From: an uncultured Chloroflexia bacterium
Lineage (GTDB): Bacteria; Chloroflexota; Limnocylindria; Limnocylindrales; CSP1-4
Length of the DNA stretch: 64,000 nucleotides
Assembly (NCBI GenBank): GCA_963835335.1
Contig: CAWIFB010000030.1
Coordinates: forward strand, 13,017-77,016
Reading direction: 5' to 3'
Numbering within the stretch: the first letter of the stretch is position 1; each line of letters starts with the position of its first letter. Made by a program: the position numbers and the translations under genes. Positions 46,113-55,696 of the stretch are shown here, piece by piece. Below the pieces are notes generated by a model that saw only the letters and a program-made list of their open reading frames with translations, searched no databases and had not been told where the DNA came from.

Positions 46113-47482
46113 GCGCCGTGACAGCGCGAGCCGGCTCGCGGGTCGGCCGCCCGCTACGCTCGCTCCTCGCAGCGCTCGCGTGCGCCTCGGTCCTCGTCCC
46201 GTCGGTCGCCCCGGCAGCGGCGGCGGCCGATGTCGTGTTCGGCACACCGGCGGCATCGGTCAGCTACGGCGAGTCGATCGAGTTCAGCGTCCCGGTGACG
46301 GCCGGCGAGGCGATCGACCGGATGGAGCTCCACCTGACGTTCCCGGATGCGCTGGGGCCGTACATCGTCGAGGTGACGCCGCCCGCTGGTGCCGGCACCC
46401 AGACGGCGCGCTACACGCTCGACCTCACCGGCGACGGTCACCTCGTGCCCAACACGACGATCGTCGAGCAGTGGGTGGCGATCACCGGCGCCGGCGTGCA
46501 GGCGAGCAGCACGGAGCATTCGGTCCTGTACGCGGATACCACGCACGACTGGAGATCGGTCAAGGGCGACCTCATGACCGTCCACTGGTACGACGGTGAC
46601 CCCAGCTTCGCGCAGCGGGCGCTGGCGATCGGGGAGAAGGCGATCCACGACACGAGCGCCCTGCTCGGCGTGACCGAGAGCGATCCGGTCGACTTCTTCA
46701 TCTATGGCGACGACGCATCGTTCCGGGCCGCGCTGGGACCCGGCACCCGCGAGAACGTCGGCGGCCAGGCGCACGCGGACATCCGGACGCTGTTCGCGCT
46801 GATCTCCCCCGATGCGATCAACGACCCGTGGGTTGGCGTGGTGGTGCCGCACGAGCTGGTCCACCTCGTGTTCGACACCGCGGTCCGCAACCCATACCGG
46901 TTCCCGCCACGCTGGCTCAACGAGGGCCTCGCGGTCTACCTGTCCGAGGGCTATACCCCGTCAGACGAGGCGCGGGTCTCGAGCGCCGTGCGATCGAAGG
47001 ACCTGATCCCGCTCGACGCGCTGGGCGGCCAGTTCCCGACGGACGCCGACAAGACGTACCTCGCGTACGCGGAGAGCGCGTCCGCGATCGACTACCTCGT
47101 CCGGACCAAGGGCTCGGACACGCTCTACGGGCTGGTCCTCGGCTACCGGGACGGGCTGACCGATGACGAGGCGTTCACCCGCGCGCTGGGCACGGACCTG
47201 GCGGGGTTCCAGGCGGGCTGGCTGAGCGAGCTGGGTGCTGCTCCGCCGGTGAGGTACGGTCCGCAGCCGGCGCCCGCCGGGCCGCTGCCGGCCGAATGGG
47301 GTGGATCGGGCCAGACACCCGCAGCCGGGGCGCCGTCGGCGGCGGCCACGCCCGCGGCAGGCCCGTCCTCGCCGGCGAGCGGCGGAGGCGATGCCGGCCA
47401 GCTGTACCTCGCCGTCGGGGCGATCGTGCTGGCCGTGGGCATCGGCCTCGCCCTGGCCCGCCGCCGGAGTCGTGTCGGATGA
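46109..47482 (+). CDS. Secreted, C-terminally anchored MA-clan (gluzincin) metallopeptidase-like protein
   Basis: ATGA overlap with the upstream gene. Signal peptide LLAALACASVLVPSVAPAAAAA. HELVH...NEGLAVYLSEG fits HExxH + E. C-terminal TM is LYLAVGAIVLAVGIGLALA. Confidence 0.7.
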   Translation: MSAVTARAGSRVGRPLRSLLAALACASVLVPSVAPAAAAADVVFGTPAASVSYGESIEFSVPVTAGEAIDRMELHLTFPDALGPYIVEVTPPAGAGTQTARYTLDLTGDGHLVPNTTIVEQWVAITGAGVQASSTEHSVLYADTTHDWRSVKGDLMTVHWYDGDPSFAQRALAIGEKAIHDTSALLGVTESDPVDFFIYGDDASFRAALGPGTRENVGGQAHADIRTLFALISPDAINDPWVGVVVPHELVHLVFDTAVRNPYRFPPRWLNEGLAVYLSEGYTPSDEARVSSAVRSKDLIPLDALGGQFPTDADKTYLAYAESASAIDYLVRTKGSDTLYGLVLGYRDGLTDDEAFTRALGTDLAGFQAGWLSELGAAPPVRYGPQPAPAGPLPAEWGGSGQTPAAGAPSAAATPAAGPSSPASGGGDAGQLYLAVGAIVLAVGIGLALARRRSRVG

Positions 47483-48246
47483 GCGCCCTCGCGGCGCGGG
47501 TTCGCGCCATCCCCAGCTGGCAGGTCACGCTCGGGTTCGCGTTGCTGGGCCTGGGCTTCCTCGTCGCGGCGCAGCTGGCCTCGGAGGGCCCGCGGATCCG
47601 GTACACGAGCCAGGAGCGGACGCCGCTGGTCGAGACCGCTCGGGACCTCCAGGCACAGCAGGACGGGCTCAAGCAGCAGATCCTCGAGCTCCGCGGCGCC
47701 ATCCAGGACCTGGAAGCCGCGGGCCAGGGCGGTGCCGCCATCACCCGCCAGCTCAACAGCGACCTGGAAAGCGCGCGGATCGGTGCCGGGCTCGTCGCCA
47801 TGACCGGACCCGGGATCGTGCTCCAGCTGACCGACTCGGACGCGGCGGTACCGCCCGACGGCAGCCAGCGCGACTACCTGGTGTCGGGCCAGGACGTGCT
47901 GACGGTCGTCGAGGAGCTGTGGCTCGCCGGTGCCGAGGGCATCGCCGTCAATGGCGAGCGGATCGCCGTCGCAACGGCCATCGTCGACATCGGCGGCTCG
48001 GTCCTGGTCAACTCCGCGTACATCGCGGCGCCCTACCAGATCTCGGCGATCGGCCCAACGGACATGTTCGACCGCCTGACCCGGTCCGCCGGGTTCGTCG
48101 ACTTCATCCGCGCCCGCTCGGAGACGTTCGGGATCGGCGTGTCCTACGCCGTCCCGGAGTCCGTCGACCTTCCCGCCTACGCCGGATCGGTGCTGCTGCG
48201 CTACGGGCACACCAACCCGGTTCCGGCATCATCGGCGGCTCCCTGA
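47479..48246 (+). CDS. DUF881-family protein (copy 1)
   Basis: N-terminal TM, a coiled region, and GPGIVLQLTD...ELW.AGAEGIAVNGERI, typical of DUF881. ATGA overlap upstream. Confidence 0.75.
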   Translation: MSALAARVRAIPSWQVTLGFALLGLGFLVAAQLASEGPRIRYTSQERTPLVETARDLQAQQDGLKQQILELRGAIQDLEAAGQGGAAITRQLNSDLESARIGAGLVAMTGPGIVLQLTDSDAAVPPDGSQRDYLVSGQDVLTVVEELWLAGAEGIAVNGERIAVATAIVDIGGSVLVNSAYIAAPYQISAIGPTDMFDRLTRSAGFVDFIRARSETFGIGVSYAVPESVDLPAYAGSVLLRYGHTNPVPASSAAP

Positions 48247-48920
48247 TGCGCCGCCCGTCGGGTCGCGTCACGGTGAGCCTCGTGCTGATGCTGCTGGGCT
48301 TCCTGGTCGTCGTCCAGCTGCGACTGCAGGCGGTCAACCCGGGCCTCGCCAGCCTGTCCGCGCAGGACCTGACCGTGCTGGTCGCAAACCTGACCACCCG
48401 CAACAACCAGCTGCGCGACGAGATCTCGACGCTCGAGCGCCAGCGAGACTCCGTGTCCGCCGCCATCGACCGCGGCGATACCTCCGCCGTCCAGATCCGC
48501 ACCGACCTCAGCCGCATCCAGGGCTGGTCGGGCGCGCTGGCGATCACCGGTCCCGGGGTCCGGATCGTGGTGGAGGGGCCGATCGCGGGCGATGGCGTGA
48601 GCCAGCTGATCAACGAGCTCCGCAATGCCGGCGCCGAGGGGATCTCGATCGGCGGCATCCGCGACGTGCCGGGCGTCGTGGCGACCGGCCCGGCTGATGC
48701 GCTGACGGTCAATGGCGTGACCCCGCCGGCGCCGCTGGAGATCCTCGCCGTCGGCCAGCCCGAGACGCTCACCGGATCGCTGACGCGAGCCGGCGGCCCG
48801 ATCGCCCAGCTGGCGGCGCGGTTCCCGGATACGACGGTGACGGTGTTCGCCGTGGATGGCGTGACCCTGCCGGCCACCGAGCGCAACCTCAACCCGGTCC
48901 TCGGCAAGCCACGCCTCTGA
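48246..48920 (+). CDS. DUF881-family protein (copy 2)
   Basis: Same architecture as copy 1 (GPGVRIVVEG...ELRNAGAEGISIGGIR). TGATG overlap upstream. Confidence 0.75.
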   Translation: MRRPSGRVTVSLVLMLLGFLVVVQLRLQAVNPGLASLSAQDLTVLVANLTTRNNQLRDEISTLERQRDSVSAAIDRGDTSAVQIRTDLSRIQGWSGALAITGPGVRIVVEGPIAGDGVSQLINELRNAGAEGISIGGIRDVPGVVATGPADALTVNGVTPPAPLEILAVGQPETLTGSLTRAGGPIAQLAARFPDTTVTVFAVDGVTLPATERNLNPVLGKPRL

Positions 48921-49001
48921 CAGGGGTGCCAGGCGGCACGGGCGCGGTGCCCGACCGGCGCCCGATGGTCGGCAACCCACCGGCGCCCGATCGTCAGCAT
49001 C

Positions 49002-49268
49002 GTGGCCGCCCTCTGCTACCCTCGGCCGGTGTCAGGAAATCCCGTTCTCGAGCTGCTCCTGGGCGATGTCGTCCGCCTCCGGCGGCGCCATCCGTGCGGC
49101 GGGGACACCTGGCTCATCGACCGCCTGGGCGCCGACATCGGCCTCCGCTGCGAGACCTGCAACCGGCACACCCTGATCGCGCGACCCGCGCTCGAGCGCC
49201 GGATCGCAGGGTTCCTCCGGCGCGGCGACCCCGGGATCAGCGCCGCCATCGGTCCACAGCGGCCATGA
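49002..49268 (+). CDS. DUF951-like small protein
   Basis: LGDVVRLRRRHPCGGDTWLIDRLGADIGLRCETCNRHTLIARPALER fits the DUF951 pattern (HPCG...GaDi...C..C). The start is possibly GTG 29 codons... specifically GTG at 49029. Confidence 0.6.
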   Translation: MAALCYPRPVSGNPVLELLLGDVVRLRRRHPCGGDTWLIDRLGADIGLRCETCNRHTLIARPALERRIAGFLRRGDPGISAAIGPQRP

Positions 49269-50794
49269 ACGATCGCGACACGGGGGCCGTCGCGGTCGGA
49301 CCGCCCGGTGCGGGCGCGGACGGCGCCGACCAGCCGTCGAGTGCGCTCGAGGTCTTCCGCAACCGCCCGTTCCTGCTGCTGTGGCTGAGCCAGGCGTTCA
49401 CGCAGGTCGGCGGCAACATGGTCATCTATGGCCTGACCGTCATCATCCTCGAATCGACGTCCTCGAAGACCGCGGTCAGCCTGCTGATCCTCACGTTCCT
49501 GGTCCCTGCAGTGCTGTTCTCTGCGCTGGCGGGCGTCTACGTCGATCGGGTGGACCGGCGCACGATCCTGATCGTGACGAACCTGCTGCGCGCGGCGGCG
49601 TTCGTGCTGACCTTCCTCGCCGGCAACAACCTGCCGCTGATCCTCGTGCTCAACATCACGGTCTCGACGATCACGGTGTTCTTCGGACCGGCGGAGGCGG
49701 CGATGATCCCGCACCTCGTGCCCCGCGGGCAGCTCATCTCCGCCAACGGCATCTTCACGCTCACCCTCAACGCGGCGTTCGCGATCGGGTTCGCGCTCCT
49801 GGGACCGATCGTGGTCACGATCGCCGGGGCGCCGGCCCTGATCCTGCTCGTCGCGGCGTGCTACCTGGTCGCCGCGGCGTTCTGCTGGACGCTTCCGTCC
49901 GCGCCACCCACGCCGGTCGAGGGGGCGGCGTCGATGCGCGGCGTCGTGGGCGATGCGGAGCAGGCCGTGGGATCGACGATCGCGCAGCTGCGCGAGGGGA
50001 TCGACTTCATCCGCGCCAACCCGACGATCACCTGGTCGCTGTTCTACCTCGGCATCGCCGCCTCGCTGGTGGGCGTGCTGGGCGTCCTCGGCACGGACTT
50101 CGCGACGTCGTCGCTGGGGCTTGCGCCCAAGGACTTCGTGGTGGTCGTGCTGCCGCTCGGGTTCGGCATCGTGACCGGGATCCTGGTGCTCAACTCGTTC
50201 GGGCACATGATCCCGCGCCGCCGGATCATCGAGGGTGGCCTGGTGGCGCTGGGCATCCTGCTGGCTGCGCTCGCGGCCGCCGGACCGATCTCGCGGTTCC
50301 TCCAGGGTGCCCAGGCGGCGACCGGTCTCACCGATCTGTCGGGCCTGACCTCGCTGCTGGCGATCGTGGTCGCGATCGCGCTGTTCGCCGGCATGGCCTA
50401 CGGGTTCGTCGCCATCCCGTCGCAGACGCAGCTCCAGGAGGAGCTGCCCGAGGAGGTCAGAGGCCGCGTGTTCGGCGTCCTCAACATGCTGGTCTCGGTC
50501 GCGAGCTTCCTGCCGATCATCGTGGTCGGCCCGGTCTCCGACCTCGTCGGCACCACGATCGTGCTGGTCCTGGTGGCGGCGTTCGTGTCCCTGTCGGGCG
50601 TGCTGTCGATCGTCACCCGCGGTCCGCTCAACCCGGTCGAGGCGTTGGCACGGGCGATCGGCCCGATGACGCCCGCGGCGATCGATCCGATGGCCGTCAG
50701 CATCGCGACCGAGGTCGACGCGGAGGAGCGCCGGGGGCGCGAGAAGGCCGGGGTCGCGGACGCGGGGCCGGGAGGGGGCGCGGACCCGGGATGA
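49265..50794 (+). CDS. MFS transporter
   Basis: ATGA overlap with the upstream gene. FRNRPFLLLWLSQAFTQVGG, YVDRVDRR, and about 12 TM segments. Confidence 0.8.
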   Translation: MNDRDTGAVAVGPPGAGADGADQPSSALEVFRNRPFLLLWLSQAFTQVGGNMVIYGLTVIILESTSSKTAVSLLILTFLVPAVLFSALAGVYVDRVDRRTILIVTNLLRAAAFVLTFLAGNNLPLILVLNITVSTITVFFGPAEAAMIPHLVPRGQLISANGIFTLTLNAAFAIGFALLGPIVVTIAGAPALILLVAACYLVAAAFCWTLPSAPPTPVEGAASMRGVVGDAEQAVGSTIAQLREGIDFIRANPTITWSLFYLGIAASLVGVLGVLGTDFATSSLGLAPKDFVVVVLPLGFGIVTGILVLNSFGHMIPRRRIIEGGLVALGILLAALAAAGPISRFLQGAQAATGLTDLSGLTSLLAIVVAIALFAGMAYGFVAIPSQTQLQEELPEEVRGRVFGVLNMLVSVASFLPIIVVGPVSDLVGTTIVLVLVAAFVSLSGVLSIVTRGPLNPVEALARAIGPMTPAAIDPMAVSIATEVDAEERRGREKAGVADAGPGGGADPG

Positions 50795-52452
50795 GCGTGG
50801 AGCCGCGCGCCGGCCTGATCATCAGCGGGCGGATCGCGACCCTCGCCGGATCCGATGGCCCGGGCTGGGTCGAGGCCATCGCGGTCGCCGATGGGCGCGT
50901 GCTGGCGGCCGGAACGAGCGTGGACATCGAGCGGCTCGCGACTGTCGGGACGCGGCGGATCCAGCTGCCGCCGGACGCGGTGGCGATCCCGGGGCTGACC
51001 GACGCCCATCTCCACCTGGTCGAGGCCGCGCTCGCCCGCGCGCGCGTCGACCTGCATGCCGCGGTCTCGATCGACGTGGCGCTCGCCCGGGTCGCCGAGG
51101 CGGCAGCCGCTCAACCCGACCCGGAGCGCTGGATCGAGGGCGCCGGCTGGGACGCCGACCGGTTCGGTCGGTGGCCGACCGCGGGCGATCTCGAGCGCGT
51201 CGCCACCGGCCGGCTCGTCGCGCTGTGGGCGCACGATCATCACGCCCTGCTCGTGAGCCGCCGGGCGCTGACGGACGCGGGCATCGACCCCGGGCGGACC
51301 GATCCCGAGGGCGGCGTGATCCGGCGCGACGCGGACGGACGGCCGACCGGCGTGCTCCACGAGACCGCGGCCCGCCTCGTGTCGGCGCGGATCCCGCCCC
51401 CGGATGAGGCGACGATCGAGGCGGCTGTGCGGCCGCTCGCCCGCGAGCTGCTGGGGCTCGGCGTCGTCGCGGTCCATGATCCCGGGGGCCTGGCGCTCCA
51501 GGACGGCCTGCGTGGCCCGATCGCCGCGTATCGCCATCTCGCAGCGACGGATGCACTCGAGCTGCGCGTCCATCCGTGCATCCGGCCGGAACAGCTCGAC
51601 GCCGCCGAGGCTGAGGGTGTCCGCAGCGGCGCCCCCCTCGGGCCGGACCCGCGCGGCCGCCTCCGGATGGGCTGGCTCAAGACGTTCGCCGACGGCACCC
51701 TCGGATCGCGGACGGCGGCGCTGCTCGATCCGCTCCAGCCGGTCGCGGACGAGCCGCGCCCGCCCAACGACGGCTATGGCGTGTGGATGGTCCCGCCGGA
51801 CGCGCTGCGCGAGCAGGCGGCGCGGGCCGCGGCCCTGGGCATCGCTACCCAGATCCACGCGATCGGTGATGCGGCCGTCGGCGCGGCGCTCGATGCGCTC
51901 GCCCCGACCGTCGGCGCCACGCCGCTGATGCCCCGCGTGGAGCACGTCCAGCTCATCGCGGATGCCGACGTGGCGCGGTTCGCGGCGCTCGGGATCGCCG
52001 CGTCCATGCAGCCGATCCACGTCCGGTCGGACGCCGTCAAGGCACGCCGCCTGTGGGGTCCGCGGGCCGATGCGCGCGCCTACGCCCTGGCGGCGCTTGC
52101 CCGGGCCGGCGCGGTCGTCCCGGCCGGAACCGACGCACCGGTCGAGCCAGTGGACCCGTGGCCCGGGATCGCCTGCGCCGTCACCCGCGCCGCGCCGTCA
52201 TGGCCGGCGGGCACGCCGGCCTTCGGACCGGCCAACGCGCTGTCACTGTGGCGGTCGATCCGGGCGAGCTGCGTGGACCCGGCGATCAGCGCCGGAGAAG
52301 GGGACCGGGGACGGCTGACCCCGGGTCAGCGGGCCGACATCGTGGTCATCCCGGCCGCGGCGATCAGCGAGCCCGTCGAGGTTGGCGGTGCGCTGTGGCA
52401 CGCACGTCCGCAGCTGGTCCTCGTGGACGGCGAGGTTGTCGCGGGCGCCTGA
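50791..52452 (+). CDS. Amidohydrolase-family (Amidohydro_3 / YtcJ-like) metal-dependent hydrolase
   Basis: ATGA overlap upstream. PGLTDAHLHL metal-binding motif, HAIGD, RVEHVQL, GTDAPVEP. Confidence 0.85.
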   Translation: MSVEPRAGLIISGRIATLAGSDGPGWVEAIAVADGRVLAAGTSVDIERLATVGTRRIQLPPDAVAIPGLTDAHLHLVEAALARARVDLHAAVSIDVALARVAEAAAAQPDPERWIEGAGWDADRFGRWPTAGDLERVATGRLVALWAHDHHALLVSRRALTDAGIDPGRTDPEGGVIRRDADGRPTGVLHETAARLVSARIPPPDEATIEAAVRPLARELLGLGVVAVHDPGGLALQDGLRGPIAAYRHLAATDALELRVHPCIRPEQLDAAEAEGVRSGAPLGPDPRGRLRMGWLKTFADGTLGSRTAALLDPLQPVADEPRPPNDGYGVWMVPPDALREQAARAAALGIATQIHAIGDAAVGAALDALAPTVGATPLMPRVEHVQLIADADVARFAALGIAASMQPIHVRSDAVKARRLWGPRADARAYALAALARAGAVVPAGTDAPVEPVDPWPGIACAVTRAAPSWPAGTPAFGPANALSLWRSIRASCVDPAISAGEGDRGRLTPGQRADIVVIPAAAISEPVEVGGALWHARPQLVLVDGEVVAGA

Positions 52453-52467
52453 TCCGGACTGGACGCT

Positions 52468-53850
52468 TCAGTCGGCGCCGTCGAGCCGGCGTCGCGCCTC
52501 GTCGAACAGGCCGTTGAGGATGCGCGACGTCGACGGAAACGCGTGGATCGTCTCCGCGAGCACATCGACCGGCACCCTGGCCTTGATCGCGAGCACGCAC
52601 TCGTGGATCGCGGCCGACGCGTCCGGGCAGGCCATCGCCGCCCCGACCAGCTCGCGCGTGGCGCGATCCACGACGATCGTGATGTGACCGGTCTCGGCCT
52701 CGACCGAATACCCCTTCGCCGTGTGGGGGAAGTCGGCGACGCACTCGAATGCGTCGATCCCGGCGTCCGTTGCCTGATCGAGGCTCATCCCGACCGAGGC
52801 CGCCTCGGGGTCCATGTACGTCGCGCGGGGGAGGGCCCGGTAGTCGGGCGTGACAGCCTCGCCCAGCGCCATCCGGACGACCATCTCACCCTGGTAGTGC
52901 GCCTGGTGGGTGTGGAGCTCCGGGCCCGCGGGGTCGCCCGCCACCCACAGCCCGTCGGCGAGCCGCAGGCTCCCGTCGCGGTGATACGCGCCAGGTCCCG
53001 AGACCTCGATCCCGTACACGTCCAGCCCCAGGTCCCGAAGCGGGAACTCGCGCCCCACGGCGAGCAGGATCGCGTGGCCCTCCGCGGTCGTGCCGTTGTC
53101 CAGCTCGATGACGTGGGCGCCGTCGGTCCCGGCGCCCGCGCGGGCCCGCACTGCGCGCGACCCGGTCCGGACGGTCACGCCGTCGCGCTCGAGCGCAAAC
53201 CGGACCGCCTCGGCGTTGCGCGGATGGTCCGTGGGCACGAGCCGCGGCCCGGACTGGACGATCGTCGTGGGGACGCCGAACCGCGCGTAGACCTGCGCGA
53301 GCTCGCAGCCGGTCGGGCCGCCGCCGAGCACGAGCAGGCTCCGGGGCAGCTCGCGGGCCAGCGTCGCGTCGCGGTTCGTCCACGGCTTTGTCTCGGCGAG
53401 TCCCTCGATGGGCGGCACCTTGGACCCGGATCCCACCGCGACCACGATGTTGCGCGCGGCCAGCTCGTGGGTCACGCCGTCATGGGTGACCGTCACCCTG
53501 CCGCGCGCGGTGATCCGCCCCTCGCCGCGGTAGGTGACCGAGCCGTCGGATTCCAGTGCCTTGACGTGCGACGTGTCATCCGGCTCGGCCGCGTCCGCCG
53601 CCCGGTTGACCATGTAGTCGCGCCGCGCCGATGCGCGCGGCCACGGATAGTCGGCGCCCGCGGCGTGCCGGTCGGCGCTGTGGAGCAGCGACTTCGACGG
53701 GATGCACCCGATGTGCGGGCACGACCCGCCGAACCAGCGGCGGTCGATGACGGCCGATGTGGCGCCCAGCGCGCGCGCCTTGTGCGCCGCAGCCTCCCCG
53801 GCTGGGCCGGCGCCGATGATCACAAAGTCGAAGGTGTCCATGCCCGTCAT
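52468..53850 (-). CDS. Class-I pyridine nucleotide-disulfide oxidoreductase (dihydrolipoamide dehydrogenase / mycothione reductase-like)
   Basis: FAD motif DFVIIGAGPAGEAAA, redox-active GGSCPHIGCIPSK, and a C-terminal dimerisation domain with HAFPT. Confidence 0.85.
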   Translation of the reverse strand: MTGMDTFDFVIIGAGPAGEAAAHKARALGATSAVIDRRWFGGSCPHIGCIPSKSLLHSADRHAAGADYPWPRASARRDYMVNRAADAAEPDDTSHVKALESDGSVTYRGEGRITARGRVTVTHDGVTHELAARNIVVAVGSGSKVPPIEGLAETKPWTNRDATLARELPRSLLVLGGGPTGCELAQVYARFGVPTTIVQSGPRLVPTDHPRNAEAVRFALERDGVTVRTGSRAVRARAGAGTDGAHVIELDNGTTAEGHAILLAVGREFPLRDLGLDVYGIEVSGPGAYHRDGSLRLADGLWVAGDPAGPELHTHQAHYQGEMVVRMALGEAVTPDYRALPRATYMDPEAASVGMSLDQATDAGIDAFECVADFPHTAKGYSVEAETGHITIVVDRATRELVGAAMACPDASAAIHECVLAIKARVPVDVLAETIHAFPSTSRILNGLFDEARRRLDGAD

Positions 53851-53863
53851 CCTCGCCGAAATC

Positions 53864-54667
53864 TCACCCGAGCGCTCGCTGCCGTCGGGCCTCGTACAGC
53901 AGGACGGCAGCGGCGATCGAGACGTTGAGGCTGTCCGCGACGCCGAGCATCGGCAGCCGGACGCCCGTCACCGCGTCACCGTCCCAGGCCACGCTCAGGC
54001 CGTCGGCCTCGCTGCCCAGGATGAAGGCGATCGGACCGCGCAGGTCGACGTCGGTGTAGACGGACAGCGCATCGACGCGTGCGGCGATCAGCGCGACGCC
54101 GTCGCGGGCGAGCCTGGCCCGGACGTCCGCGCTCGATCCCGCGGCCACCGGGACGCCGAAGATCGTGCCCAGCGATGCGCGCACCGCGTTGGGATTGAAC
54201 AGGTCGGTGCGCGGATCCGCGGCGATCACGGCGTCGGCGCCGGCCGCGTCGGCGGTGCGCAGGACGGCGCCCAGGTTGCCCGGCTTCTCGACGCCTTCGA
54301 CCACGACCACCAGCGGGTCGTGCGGGAGGCGCAGCGCGTCGAGCGAGAGGTCCGGGATGCGGACCGTTGCGACCACGCCTTCGCTGCGATCGCCGTACGC
54401 CAGCCGGTCAATGACCGTGCCGGTGACCACGGTCAGGATCGCGCCACCGGCCGCTGCAGCCGCCACCGCCGCATGCCCCGCGTCGGTGAGCCGCGTCTCG
54501 TCGACGAACACGTCCACCACCGTCGCGCCGCCCGCCAGCGCCCGGGACAGCTCGCGCGCGCCGTCGACGAGCGTCAACCCCGCGTCTTCCCGGGTCCGCC
54601 GGTCGCGAAGGGCAGCCGCGGCACGGATCCGGGGGTTGCGAAGGCTCGAGATCGCGGGCTCGGTCAT
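53864..54667 (-). CDS. TrmH/SpoU-family RNA 2'-O-methyltransferase
   Basis: SpoU motifs VEKPGNLGAVLRTADAAG, ILGSEADGL and LNVSIAAAVLLYE. Confidence 0.9.
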   Translation of the reverse strand: MTEPAISSLRNPRIRAAAALRDRRTREDAGLTLVDGARELSRALAGGATVVDVFVDETRLTDAGHAAVAAAAAGGAILTVVTGTVIDRLAYGDRSEGVVATVRIPDLSLDALRLPHDPLVVVVEGVEKPGNLGAVLRTADAAGADAVIAADPRTDLFNPNAVRASLGTIFGVPVAAGSSADVRARLARDGVALIAARVDALSVYTDVDLRGPIAFILGSEADGLSVAWDGDAVTGVRLPMLGVADSLNVSIAAAVLLYEARRQRALG

Positions 54668-54674
54668 CCGGCCG

Positions 54675-55508
54675 TCAACCCCGCTTCGTCCGGCCGGGAT
54701 GGCGCGCCCAGCTGCCCGCGCGGAGCACGTTGCCGGTCCGCGCGACGAGCTCGAGGTCCTCGCCCGCGGCATCCACCCCCAGGTGCTCCCGGAGCAACGA
54801 CGCGAGGCGGTCCCCGTCGAACCCCGGGCTGTGCGCGCTGAGCACCGCCAGCCCCGGCTTCGGACCGACCAGCGCGGCCAGGTCCTGGAGCAGCGGCTCG
54901 AGATCCGTCTCGATCTGCCAGGCACCGTTGCCGTGGCCGTAGGTCGGCGGATCGAGCACGACACCGTCGTAGTGGCGGCCGCGACGGCGCTCGCGCCGGA
55001 CGAATGCGCGGGCATCGTCGACGAGCCAGCGGATCGGCCGGTCGGCGAGCCCGGACAGCTCGGCGTTGCGCCGCGCCCAGGCGACGGCCGGCCGCGATGC
55101 ATCGACATGGGCCAGGCGCGCCCCGGCACGTGCGCACGCGAGCGTCGCGCCACCGGTGTAGGCGAACAGCGTCAGGATCTCGGCAGGACGTCCGAGCCGC
55201 GTCCCGATGTCGGCCACCGATCGCTCCAGCCAGGTCCACGTCGCGGCGTGCTCCGCGAATACGCCGATCTGGCCGCCGGCCGCGGGCCGGCATTCGAGCG
55301 TCAGGCCGGCCGCCTCGACGGTCCACGGTGCGTGCTCGCCGCCGCGCACCCAGCCACCACGCCCGAACACGAGCGGTGCCCGGTGCCATTCGGTCTCGGG
55401 CAGGATCGCCGGCATGACCGCGCCCGGCGCCGGCCGGTCCACAACGACGGAGCCGAACCGCTCGAGGCGCCGTCCGTCGCCACAGTCGAGGAGCTCCAGG
55501 TTGGCCAT
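54675..55508 (-). CDS. Class-I SAM-dependent (RlmI/RlmK-like) methyltransferase
   Basis: ILTLFAYTGGATLACARAGA..HVDAS and VVLDPPTYG motifs. Confidence 0.8.
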   Translation of the reverse strand: MANLELLDCGDGRRLERFGSVVVDRPAPGAVMPAILPETEWHRAPLVFGRGGWVRGGEHAPWTVEAAGLTLECRPAAGGQIGVFAEHAATWTWLERSVADIGTRLGRPAEILTLFAYTGGATLACARAGARLAHVDASRPAVAWARRNAELSGLADRPIRWLVDDARAFVRRERRRGRHYDGVVLDPPTYGHGNGAWQIETDLEPLLQDLAALVGPKPGLAVLSAHSPGFDGDRLASLLREHLGVDAAGEDLELVARTGNVLRAGSWARHPGRTKRG

Positions 55509-55568
55509 CGGCCCATCGTCGCATGTTGACGGCCCGGCCGAGGCGCTGTGCTATCCTCCGCGCCCGAA

Positions 55569-55645
55569 GGGCGATTAGCTCAGCTGGTTAGAGCGCATGC
55601 TTGACATGCATGAGGTCACTGGTTCGAGTCCAGTATCGCCCACCA
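55569..55645 (+). tRNA. tRNA-Val (anticodon GAC), CCA encoded
   Basis: Manual fold: acceptor GGGCGAT/ATCGCCC, D arm GCTC-AGCTGGTTA-GAGC, anticodon stem CATGC/GCATG with loop TT-GAC-AT, T arm ACTGG-TTCGAGT-CCAGT, then A and CCA. Confidence 0.95.
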
Positions 55646-55696
55646 TCCCCTGACACCCGACGGCGTGCCGCCACGCCCGACGGCGCGCCCCCCCGG

